The translations under genes and the position numbers were made by a program. The notes beneath the pieces were generated by a model that worked only from the letters and a program-made list of their open reading frames with translations, was not told the origin of the DNA and did not search any database. DNA of 64,000 nt from Planctomycetota bacterium (GTDB taxonomy: Bacteria; Planctomycetota; UBA1135), in NCBI GenBank assembly GCA_049609225.1, contig JBMYYH010000001.1, forward strand, positions 6,352-70,351, in the 5' to 3' direction. Shown here one piece after another: positions 43,585 to 52,239 of this stretch (within the stretch, counting starts at the first letter, position 1; every line of letters starts with the position of its first letter).

Positions 43585-45222
43585 ATGCGACTACCCATTC
43601 TTTGCACAACCCTGGCCGTGGCTGCCATCTTTGCTGGCAGTGCCAACGCTCAGCTCGGTCCGCCCCCGCAACCGCCCGAGAACCTCAGCACTCCTGAGAA
43701 GATTGTTCTCGGCAAGATTCTCTTCTGGGATGAGCAGCTCTCGTCCAACAACGAGACCGCCTGCGGTACCTGTCACATCCCGCGTTTCAGCTTTACCGAC
43801 AACCGCGAGTTCATCCACCCGGGTGCGGATGGCATCGTGGGTTCGCTGGATGACAACATCACTTCGCCAGGAGTGGTGCGGGCCAACGCGAACAAAAGCT
43901 TCGTCCCGACGCCATTGTTCGGCATGTCGCCACAGCTGACCCGTCGTCGTACCAACGACATCTTTGGTTCGCTCTACCAGGATCGCATCTTCTGGGATGG
44001 TCGTGCGGAAGACACCTTCCACGATCCGGAGACGGGTGCCGTCAGCATCGTGACAGGTGGCGCTTTGGAAAGCCAAGCCGTGGAGCCGATCATGTCGACG
44101 GTGGAAATGTCTCACATCGACCGCACTTGGGATGATGTGCGCGACAAGCTGACCGATGCGATCCCGCTGCGTCTTGCCACCGATATCCCACCGGATATGG
44201 CTGCTGCGATCGCCCTCGATCCGACTTACCCGGATCTGTTCGAAGCCGCTTTCGGCACGACCGACATCAACGCCGAGCGCATTGGTTTCGCGATTGCCGC
44301 CTACGAACGTGAACTGGTCCCGGACCAGACTCCATGGGACGACTTCATGAACGGCGACGCCAACGCTATGACTCCCGACCAGATTGATGGTTGGAACCAG
44401 TTCAACGGCATCGCCAACTGTCACCTCTGCCACACTCCTCCGATCTTCTCCGACGGCGATTTCCACAACAACGGCATGCGCCCGACCGTGTGGGATCCAG
44501 GTCTCCAAGAGACTACCGGCGATGTCAACGACCGCGGCAAGTTCAAGACTCCTTCCCTGCGTGGTGCTGGTCTGCGGACGAGCTTCTACCACGGTGGTTA
44601 CTTCCAAGAGCTTTGGCCGATCGGTGTGACCAACATCTACTGGGGTGGTGGCGGCGGATTCTCCGACAACCGCGACCCACTGCTGGTACCACTCATGAAC
44701 GTGCCTGGCATCGACATGGAGCACATCATGGATTTCGTCGGCAATGCGCTGACGGACCCACGTCTGGAAGCCGAGACCTTCCCCTTCGATAAGCCGACCC
44801 TGTTCTCGGAGCGCACGCCGTTCTCGACGAACCTTTACGGCGAGGCGAACCCAGGAGCTACGGGTGTGGAGCCAAAGATCACGGCGCACATGCCTGCGAT
44901 GCTCGGCGAGACCTTCCGTATTGCCGTCAGTGAAGGCAAAGGCGGTGTTCTGGCTCACTTCGGAGCTTCCGGTGCACCAGGTTCCGGCCTGATGCGCGGT
45001 GGTCGCATGATCAACATCGCGCTGCCGATGATGGAGTTCGTCACCCTGCCGTTGCCAGGCTCTGGCGATACCGACGGCTGGCGTTCGATCGAGTTCGTCA
45101 TTCCGGATCGCGCCAACCTCGTCGGCCGCAACTTCTACATGCAGTGGTGGGTCGAAGATACGGGAGCACCGGGTGGCGTCGCATCGTCGACCAAGGGTGC
45201 GATCATCGAGATCCTGCCTTAA
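43585..45222 (+). CDS. di-haem cytochrome c peroxidase paralog with recurrent C-terminal domain
   Basis: Collinear with the previous gene: TPEKIVLGKILFWDEQLSSNNETACGTCH and NCHLCH. CTD at about 44863-45219. Confidence 0.9.
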   Translation: MRLPILCTTLAVAAIFAGSANAQLGPPPQPPENLSTPEKIVLGKILFWDEQLSSNNETACGTCHIPRFSFTDNREFIHPGADGIVGSLDDNITSPGVVRANANKSFVPTPLFGMSPQLTRRRTNDIFGSLYQDRIFWDGRAEDTFHDPETGAVSIVTGGALESQAVEPIMSTVEMSHIDRTWDDVRDKLTDAIPLRLATDIPPDMAAAIALDPTYPDLFEAAFGTTDINAERIGFAIAAYERELVPDQTPWDDFMNGDANAMTPDQIDGWNQFNGIANCHLCHTPPIFSDGDFHNNGMRPTVWDPGLQETTGDVNDRGKFKTPSLRGAGLRTSFYHGGYFQELWPIGVTNIYWGGGGGFSDNRDPLLVPLMNVPGIDMEHIMDFVGNALTDPRLEAETFPFDKPTLFSERTPFSTNLYGEANPGATGVEPKITAHMPAMLGETFRIAVSEGKGGVLAHFGASGAPGSGLMRGGRMINIALPMMEFVTLPLPGSGDTDGWRSIEFVIPDRANLVGRNFYMQWWVEDTGAPGGVASSTKGAIIEILP

Positions 45223-45251
45223 GGCTTCCGACTGGAGCTGATGTCCTTAAG

Positions 45252-45812
45252 ATGGGCATCATGAGTTCCTCCCACCGGCGTCGTCTTGCAAGTCAAGGCG
45301 ACGCCGGTGGCATTCATGCCATCTACGCGCCCGTCGTGCGCGACACCGTCACGAGCTTCGAATATGAAGTTCCCACGGTTGAGGAAATGGCCCGACGGAT
45401 TCGCGAAGGAATGGAGCAGTATCCATGGCTGGTTGCGGTGGACCCAGAAGATGAGCAGAAGGTTTTGGGCTATGCCTATGCCTGTGCCTGGCGTGCGCGC
45501 ACGGCTTATCAGTGGTCGTGCGAGGTATCGGTCTATGTGCATGCGGAGCACCACCGCAAAGGCATCGCGACGGCCTTGTATACCGACCTGCTCGCGCGCT
45601 TGAAGAAGCAAGGTTATGTGCTGGTGGTAGCCGGCGCGACTTTACCTAATGACCCGAGCGTGGCCTTTCATAAAGCCTTTGGCTTTGAAGCGGTGGGAGT
45701 GTTCCCAGGATGCGGCTTCAAAGCCGGGGGTTGGCATGATGTCGGGTTTTGGAAGTTGGAGTTGGGCGAGCGATGTGCGTCACCGACCCCACCCACCTCC
45801 TTTCTCCCCTAG
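45252..45812 (+). CDS. GNAT-family N-acetyltransferase (phosphinothricin acetyltransferase-like)
   Basis: IHAIYAPVVRDTVTSFEYEVPTVEEMARRI...VYVHAEHHRKGIATALYTDLLARLKKQGY is a PAT-like pattern. Start is 45252 or 45261. Confidence 0.8.
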   Translation: MGIMSSSHRRRLASQGDAGGIHAIYAPVVRDTVTSFEYEVPTVEEMARRIREGMEQYPWLVAVDPEDEQKVLGYAYACAWRARTAYQWSCEVSVYVHAEHHRKGIATALYTDLLARLKKQGYVLVVAGATLPNDPSVAFHKAFGFEAVGVFPGCGFKAGGWHDVGFWKLELGERCASPTPPTSFLP

Positions 45813-45818
45813 AGTTCG

Positions 45819-45844
45819 TGTAACGTCTAGCGTGCTACGGTGTC
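45819..45844 (+). promoter_or_regulatory. candidate ECF-type promoter upstream of first sigma-fusion gene
   Basis: TGTAACG-N12-CGGTGTC ends 10 nt before ATG 45854. A near-identical element lies upstream of the paralog. Confidence 0.35.
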
Positions 45845-45853
45845 CCTAATGCG

Positions 45854-48646
45854 ATGGACCAGAGCGCACGATCAACCGACCTGAACGACCTGCTGCAACA
45901 TGCGGGTTGGATTCAAGGCCTTGCCTACGCCACATTGCGCGACCATGCACTGGCGGAGGACGTCTCCCAGGAAGTCCTCCTGAAGGCGTTGCAGGGTCCA
46001 AAGCGTGGCGGCCGAGTCCTGCGGGCATGGTTGGCAGCAGTGACTCGCAACGAAGCCCGAAACACTTTGCGTGCTGCAAAGCGCAAAAGGGAACGTGAAC
46101 AGAGGGTGGCTCAGCAGGAGGGCGTGCATGCGGACCCGGCCTCCAGTGCAGAAATCTTGCAGGCTCATCAGGCTTTGACCAGAGCCATCGAAGGCCTCGC
46201 GACACCCCATCGCGAGATTCTCTTGATGCGCTTCTACCGGGAGATGTCTTTCCGCGCGATTGCAGACGATCTGGGTGCAACCGAGGGGACGGTACGGACA
46301 CGCCTCCACCGAGCATTGGCAGCTCTGCGACAAGCACTCCAACGGGAAGGCGGAGATTGGCGCGTCTCCTGCATTGCGCTCGTTCCGTGGTGGAAGTCTT
46401 CTCCATGGACTCCATCTCTTGCAACCCACGCGAGTCGATTGGGCTGGATGGCAGGAGCCTCGATCCTCGCTGTCGCATGCTTCGTTTGGATCATGCAACC
46501 GCCGTCCTCGCCGAGGGAAGACCCAATAGACCCCTTCGTAGTCGCCCTCGCAACCCTCGAGATGGAAGAAGCTCAAGTCGCGGCGATGCCACACCGTTCT
46601 GCTCTCGAGGAGGCGGATGATAGTGCTTTAGGGAACTCCAGCATGGCAGCCAGTGCATCGGGGGTGCGCTCTCGAGCACTCCTACATGGAATCCCTGTGC
46701 CGGGAGCATCCGTGTCCGCGTTCCAAGATGGCCAACTTCACCGAATTACCACCGATGATGCCGGCTTGTTCCAGGTGCCTTGCGATCCCGATCGTGTCGT
46801 GGGCTTGACGATCGTCTCCGAGCACGGTGCTCGCTCTCTGGAGCTCGAGATGAGGTACCGATCGAATATCGACTTGGTCGACCTTCACCAAGCACGTGGC
46901 ATCTTGCGGTTATCCGATGAAGGTGTCGATACACCCTCGGAACAGGTCCAGGCCGAGGTGCGCATCTACGTGGACTGGTCCGCCATGGCCTACTTGGCTC
47001 CGCCACGCGAGGAGTTCCTGGAGTTGGCCTTCGAAACGAGTGCGCCTTGCCCCGGCGAAGTCGAGATTCCGACTTGGTTGGCGGAGGTCTCCACCATCGT
47101 CGAAGTGGAGGCGCCCGGGTACCTGCCCTATCGTCAGTATTTCGAAGGCGGTCAAGGTGGTGATGGCACCATCTGGGCAGGTCTCTTTCCTGGGGAAGAA
47201 CGGGAGTTGCGCCTCGAAGACACGGATGGCCACCCCTTGGCTGAGTGCCCGGTCTACTTGGGCTTTCCTTGCGAGCTGGCTGGAGTGACGGACACAGAGG
47301 GCCATCTTCCTTCGATGACTTCCTGGGGACGCGGGGAAGACCCCAATGTGGCGAACCTTTTCACGGGAATCCTCCTCCGCCTCGAGGATGGCCGCCACTG
47401 GTTCAGTGGCAACCTCACGGGCCCGGGTGATTCCGTTTCCATCGACTTTGATACCGACGTCCTCGTGGTGGACACCAAACCGATTGAGGTGCACCTCCAG
47501 GACAAACCTCTCGGGGATGGCCAATCGATTCAAGTGATGAGTATGCATTCCGCTTTCGGAAGAGGGTTGCTCCGAGCGACCGGCTACACCTCCACTGGCT
47601 TGGTCGGATCCTCCGATTTCCTCGGCCCCTTGTGGCAAGACATCGCCCCTGGAGAAACCGTGGAGTTGACGGGAGGCATCTTCGGCCCGGGCTCTGCAGT
47701 GTTTGCACGTTTGCAGCCGTATGGCTGGTCTTTAGGGGAGTTCCCAATTGAAGAGAATCGCGCGCTAGTCCAAGCCACGCTCGTAGAGCAGGCTTTCTCG
47801 CTAGAGGGAGTGATCCCAGAGGATGGAGTCTCCTATTCCATTCACCTACGGCAGGATCGTTCCCTCATCGAGGCACAACTGCCCGTGGAGGGAGGCGAGG
47901 CCAAGGTCATGATTCCGGCGGGCATCTACACGGTGGAGGTGTGGAGGTCCGATGCCCAAGGCTCCCACCCTCTGCTCTTGGGTAATCCAAGGCACCCCTC
48001 CTTCTCTCGGCATGGACGCCTGGATGGTTCCCGTTGGATTCTGTCGACTACCGCATTCGATTGGCTTCCGACTAGAATCCTCGTCGACGGCCAGGCTGCC
48101 TTAGGCGGAATAGTTGGTGGACACCGCGTCGACCCGGACGGACGTGTCCTATTGCCATATACCAACGAAGGGGAGCCCTTCTTTCAAGGCATGAGGCTGG
48201 AACTTCCGGCAGCCGTTCACCAGGCGACCGGTGGCACGGTATTCCTGAACCATCATGGGCGCCAGGCCTCTCCCTTCGGCACGCATTCAATCGGCATGCA
48301 AGGGGAGCACGTCTTGGCTTTCACTCTCAGCCCGGTGGAATTGATGGTGCCAGCAAGTACTGCCGCCAATCCTCGAAACCTTTCAGTGTTCACACATCCA
48401 CTTGGCGAAACTGGGACCACCCATGCAATGACTGATGAGCCGATCTTTCCCCCACCTAAGCCAAACTCCTGGGGGCGATGGGGTTCTTTTGAGGTAAGCA
48501 ATGATGATCAAGTGTTCCGCCTTCGCCTCCCCCCTGGCCGGTACAAGGTCCGGTTGGGAGACTGGGGAGAGGTCGCTGCGACCTTCGGGGGAGATGATGG
48601 TTTCGAGGTCCTTCCAGGAGTCCTGGAAGTGGTCTATCCTGATTAG
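45854..48646 (+). CDS. ECF sigma factor fused to a TM helix and a ~700-aa extracytoplasmic domain
   Basis: Sigma region 2 (EDVSQEVLLKAL...RAWLAAVTRNEARNTLRA) and region 4 (HREILLMRFYREMSFRAIADDLGATEGTVRTRLHRALAALR). TM helix LGWMAGASILAVACFVWIM, then a long beta-rich region with CarboxypepD_reg-like segments. Confidence 0.8.
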   Translation: MDQSARSTDLNDLLQHAGWIQGLAYATLRDHALAEDVSQEVLLKALQGPKRGGRVLRAWLAAVTRNEARNTLRAAKRKREREQRVAQQEGVHADPASSAEILQAHQALTRAIEGLATPHREILLMRFYREMSFRAIADDLGATEGTVRTRLHRALAALRQALQREGGDWRVSCIALVPWWKSSPWTPSLATHASRLGWMAGASILAVACFVWIMQPPSSPREDPIDPFVVALATLEMEEAQVAAMPHRSALEEADDSALGNSSMAASASGVRSRALLHGIPVPGASVSAFQDGQLHRITTDDAGLFQVPCDPDRVVGLTIVSEHGARSLELEMRYRSNIDLVDLHQARGILRLSDEGVDTPSEQVQAEVRIYVDWSAMAYLAPPREEFLELAFETSAPCPGEVEIPTWLAEVSTIVEVEAPGYLPYRQYFEGGQGGDGTIWAGLFPGEERELRLEDTDGHPLAECPVYLGFPCELAGVTDTEGHLPSMTSWGRGEDPNVANLFTGILLRLEDGRHWFSGNLTGPGDSVSIDFDTDVLVVDTKPIEVHLQDKPLGDGQSIQVMSMHSAFGRGLLRATGYTSTGLVGSSDFLGPLWQDIAPGETVELTGGIFGPGSAVFARLQPYGWSLGEFPIEENRALVQATLVEQAFSLEGVIPEDGVSYSIHLRQDRSLIEAQLPVEGGEAKVMIPAGIYTVEVWRSDAQGSHPLLLGNPRHPSFSRHGRLDGSRWILSTTAFDWLPTRILVDGQAALGGIVGGHRVDPDGRVLLPYTNEGEPFFQGMRLELPAAVHQATGGTVFLNHHGRQASPFGTHSIGMQGEHVLAFTLSPVELMVPASTAANPRNLSVFTHPLGETGTTHAMTDEPIFPPPKPNSWGRWGSFEVSNDDQVFRLRLPPGRYKVRLGDWGEVAATFGGDDGFEVLPGVLEVVYPD

Positions 48647-48656
48647 GAACACCCTC

Positions 48657-48683
48657 TGTAACGGATTCGCTGCTGGCGGTGTA
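48657..48683 (+). promoter_or_regulatory. candidate ECF-type promoter upstream of second sigma-fusion gene
   Basis: TGTAACG-N13-CGGTGTA ends 10 nt before ATG 48694. Confidence 0.35.
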
Positions 48684-48693
48684 TTTCCTCCTG

Positions 48694-51486
48694 ATGGCAT
48701 CTGAATCCCTTCCCAACGACCCCGAAGAGATCCTCGAGCATTCCGGCTGGATCCGGCGGCTGGCATTCTCCACCCTTCGCGATCACGAGCTGGCGGAGGA
48801 CGTCTCCCAAGAGGTCTTGTTGAAGGCCCTTGCCGCCCCACGGCGATCTGGACGCATCCTGAAAGCATGGCTGGCGACTGTGACCTTTCATCAGGCGAAG
48901 AACTCACGACGAGGTGCTGTGAGGCGGTCGATCCGGGAAACCAAGGTAGCCGCCGAGCGCGCTGACCTGGAACCGCAGACCCCCGACTTACTCGCCATGC
49001 ACCGCGAGGTCCTCGATGCCGTTGGTGCCCTCGCACCACATTATCGCGAAGTCATCCGACTACGCTTCTTCGAGGACTGCTCCTTCCGGGAGATTGGAAC
49101 CAAGCTCGGACTTACCGAAGGGAATGCACGCGTTCGTCTCCATCGAGCACTGAAGGAACTGCGTGGGGTCATGGCTGGAGGTGGTAAGGATTGGCGTGCA
49201 AGTTGCCTCGCCCTTGCCCATTCCCTTCCCTCTGGCACCGCGACGACCCTCTCGACCAGCTGGTGGATGGTCGCTGCCGGCATTCTGCTCCTATGGTGTG
49301 GGTGGTGGAGTTGGAACTGGATACAGACTCCGGCGATGCCTTCCGGGGAAACTGCTCAATGGGCCACAGCCACCAAGGAGTCCCAGCAGGAGCCCCCAAC
49401 GGAGGCTGCCTCTTTAGAGAGCCTGCTCACGCGCGAGGTTCACAAGCCGACTCCAACCCAGTCGGAGGATCCCGCGCCCTCGGCAAGAACTGTTCTTATG
49501 CAGGGACAAGTCCTTGAAGCCGGCATGCCTGTCTCAAATGCAATAGTACGGGTATGGGATAAAGGCAATCTCTCGGAACTTGCGACGGATGAATCGGGCC
49601 TCTTCGAAATGAATGTCGACCCTGATTCTCGCCCAGCAGTCTCCGCCTATACAACTAAGGCATCGGCAAGCCGGACCTGGAGCAGTAAGGGCAGTCGACC
49701 GTACTACCTTCATTTGATCGAGTATCCGGCAGAAGGGCGAGTTTTCATGGTTCGCGACGAGATGACGGGAGGCCCCGTGAGTGAAGCGCAAGTCGAGGTC
49801 TTCGTGGATTGGGGGAATGGCGACCGAGAGACCGTCGGCGAAGATGGGCATCGCTTCCAAAAGGTCGGGGAAGGGAGGACGGACTCCACCGGAAACTTCC
49901 GCCTTCAAGGCTGGTTTCTTGGGCTACCGCTGGTCTTCAACACGGTGGCCTCTGGGTATTTCCCGGAACGCTTCGCAAGAGACCTCTTTCTTTGTCCTGG
50001 AATCACTAAGCCTATTCAGCTTCTGGATACAGACCAAAACCCCTTGGCGGATTGCCTCGTATGGACAGGGGAGCATTCCGGAACTCCACAGTCGACGGAT
50101 GCACTTGGCATGATTCCGAATGTGCAGAGTTGGGGACCCTCGCACATGACGTTCAAGGCCAACGGGCTCAGCGCCATGCCATCCAATCTGCTCCTACGCC
50201 TTCCCGATGGACGCTTCTGGTACGCCTCTAGCTATGAACATGAACCCAACACGGTGAGTGAATGGGAAGATCGCATCTGCGTAGTCGTCGACACGACCCC
50301 TCTGTCCATCCAAGCCGTGGACATGTCAATCCCTCCGGATTCTTGGGTAGAAGTTCGGCAAATTGTCCCAGATGGCTACTACCCGAAAGGGCTAGACACG
50401 CGGGAAGGATTGGTCTGGCATCGAGTCGACCAAGGCGAATCGACGACCCTCCCTTCTGGCATCCTCGGCCATTTCACGGAGGTCCAGGCCAGGATCATGC
50501 CGCAGGATTGGTATCTTGGCGAATTCCCGATTGTCGACCACAAAGCCATCATCGACCAACAACTTTGCAGCCTGACCGTGACCCTGGAGGCCGATTCACA
50601 AACCCTCAAGAAACCTCTTCTACTCTTCGTGAATCAAAGGAGTAAACCACTTCGAAGCGTGCCCGTGGTAAATGGTGTAGCCACAATCCAAGTTCCATTC
50701 CGGGAGGAGTCGAAACGAAGCTACCCCGACCATTTCTTTAACTACAAACTCTCCGTCCAAGACACCTCAACCGGCAAGCTGATCCTTCTTCAATACCCGG
50801 AAGGTGACCAAGCTTCTGACAAAATTTCTCTTCAGCCCGGCCAGGAGCAGATGCAGGTGACCCTGCGCGCCAGCACCTCCAGCTGGTTACCACTCCAAGT
50901 ACGTGTGAATGGCATTCCTGTAGAAGGAGGCACCTTAAACAGGCAGCCGATCGGCCTAGACGGCATGACGCGCATCTTGCAGGGCGCAAACGGAGAAGTC
51001 GAGCTCACCCACCTTGGCCTCAGCCTCCCGACTCAGCTGCGGTCTTCCGACATGCCTCCCCTGCTCCGCTCCATGAACCTCCAGAATCACAGGGATCATT
51101 TCCCCACTATCCAGGAGCAAGGTGGTCTCCATTTCATTGATGTCGAACTGGCTACCGTAGAACTCTTGATTACCCAGGATGTCGCAGGCAAGCTTCTCGG
51201 AGAAAAGACCGGTCGCCTCGGCTCATGGATTCGCCATTGGCCGACCTGGGAAAACTCCGATCCCTGGGAGTTCATAAAGACACCCTCCACAGAAGGCTGG
51301 TTCCCTTTCCGTGTGCCTGCCGGTCGATACCGCTTTAGCGTTGGCGAGAAGACCTATGGCGACGAAGGAGGGACAGAGTTCGCACCCGGCACGATCACTA
51401 GGCTGTATCCCAATGAGGAAACGGAGCCGCCGGATTCCTCCACTCTCCGAAGCCAAGAGCACTCCTCCCCTGCCTCGCCGAAGTAG
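48694..51486 (+). CDS. ECF sigma factor fused to a TM helix and a ~700-aa extracytoplasmic domain (tandem paralog)
   Basis: Collinear with the previous gene: EDVSQEVLLKAL...KAWLATVTFHQAKNSRR, YREVIRLRFFEDCSFREIGTKLGLTEGNARVRLHRALKELR, and TM helix WWMVAAGILLLWCGWWSW. Shared external blocks (LLRLPDGRFWY vs LLRLEDGRHWF). Confidence 0.8.
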   Translation: MASESLPNDPEEILEHSGWIRRLAFSTLRDHELAEDVSQEVLLKALAAPRRSGRILKAWLATVTFHQAKNSRRGAVRRSIRETKVAAERADLEPQTPDLLAMHREVLDAVGALAPHYREVIRLRFFEDCSFREIGTKLGLTEGNARVRLHRALKELRGVMAGGGKDWRASCLALAHSLPSGTATTLSTSWWMVAAGILLLWCGWWSWNWIQTPAMPSGETAQWATATKESQQEPPTEAASLESLLTREVHKPTPTQSEDPAPSARTVLMQGQVLEAGMPVSNAIVRVWDKGNLSELATDESGLFEMNVDPDSRPAVSAYTTKASASRTWSSKGSRPYYLHLIEYPAEGRVFMVRDEMTGGPVSEAQVEVFVDWGNGDRETVGEDGHRFQKVGEGRTDSTGNFRLQGWFLGLPLVFNTVASGYFPERFARDLFLCPGITKPIQLLDTDQNPLADCLVWTGEHSGTPQSTDALGMIPNVQSWGPSHMTFKANGLSAMPSNLLLRLPDGRFWYASSYEHEPNTVSEWEDRICVVVDTTPLSIQAVDMSIPPDSWVEVRQIVPDGYYPKGLDTREGLVWHRVDQGESTTLPSGILGHFTEVQARIMPQDWYLGEFPIVDHKAIIDQQLCSLTVTLEADSQTLKKPLLLFVNQRSKPLRSVPVVNGVATIQVPFREESKRSYPDHFFNYKLSVQDTSTGKLILLQYPEGDQASDKISLQPGQEQMQVTLRASTSSWLPLQVRVNGIPVEGGTLNRQPIGLDGMTRILQGANGEVELTHLGLSLPTQLRSSDMPPLLRSMNLQNHRDHFPTIQEQGGLHFIDVELATVELLITQDVAGKLLGEKTGRLGSWIRHWPTWENSDPWEFIKTPSTEGWFPFRVPAGRYRFSVGEKTYGDEGGTEFAPGTITRLYPNEETEPPDSSTLRSQEHSSPASPK

Positions 51487-51502
51487 CCGCAGCCACAGTG
51501 AC

Positions 51503-52186
51503 TCAAGAACACTTCTTGATCCAGTATTTATCCAAGAAGATCAAGGTCGTAAATCCGACGGCGGCGATGCCGAATGCGATCTCCAGGCCATCTTGAACCT
51601 TGCCGATCATGATGGCGCGGCCGGTGAGGAAGGCCATGATGAACCAAAGCGGGCGTCGCCACCAGATCAGGACTCGCAGCCTGGCAACATTGGCCTTTTC
51701 GATGATGTCCGGTCGGTTCTTGTGTTGGCCCCAACCGCCGATGCCGGAAGTCACCGGCATAAGTTCCGAAACCAGGGCAATCAAGCACACCGCGAATCCG
51801 ACGTCTTTCCATAACGCATAGGCAAAGGCCAACAAGCAGACACCGTGGTGGATGACGAGGTCCTTACGCGGAATGATGCTGCGACTCATGCGCCCGTAGA
51901 GCATCCACACGAAGTCGGAGAGGATGTGTGCGAGCACCACCAACATCCCGTGCCACATCCAAAGATCGCCCAGGGACTGCTCGGGATAGTGCCGGTAAAG
52001 ATAGGCCTGATCCCAGTGTTGGATGCCGACGATGGCTGCTGCGATGCCGATGCCAGTCAGGATTGCGGCAGCGATGCCGCGCGATAATTTGAAGGCTCGG
52101 TGATACTCGTGAACGACGCGCCCGAGGAACCAGGCGTGCACCGCAACGAAGAATGCGGTGTAGATCGAAAGCAGCAGAAGTAGCAC
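51503..52186 (-). CDS. multi-pass membrane protein (possibly TLC-like), function unknown
   Basis: 227 aa with about 6 hydrophobic helices and an HH motif (DLVIHHGVCLLAF). Assignment is tentative. Confidence 0.55.
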   Translation of the reverse strand: MLLLLLSIYTAFFVAVHAWFLGRVVHEYHRAFKLSRGIAAAILTGIGIAAAIVGIQHWDQAYLYRHYPEQSLGDLWMWHGMLVVLAHILSDFVWMLYGRMSRSIIPRKDLVIHHGVCLLAFAYALWKDVGFAVCLIALVSELMPVTSGIGGWGQHKNRPDIIEKANVARLRVLIWWRRPLWFIMAFLTGRAIMIGKVQDGLEIAFGIAAVGFTTLIFLDKYWIKKCS

Positions 52187-52239
52187 GAAGCTAAGAGGTT
52201 ACCATCCCCACTCCGACGAATTTTGTATAGGATGGACGC

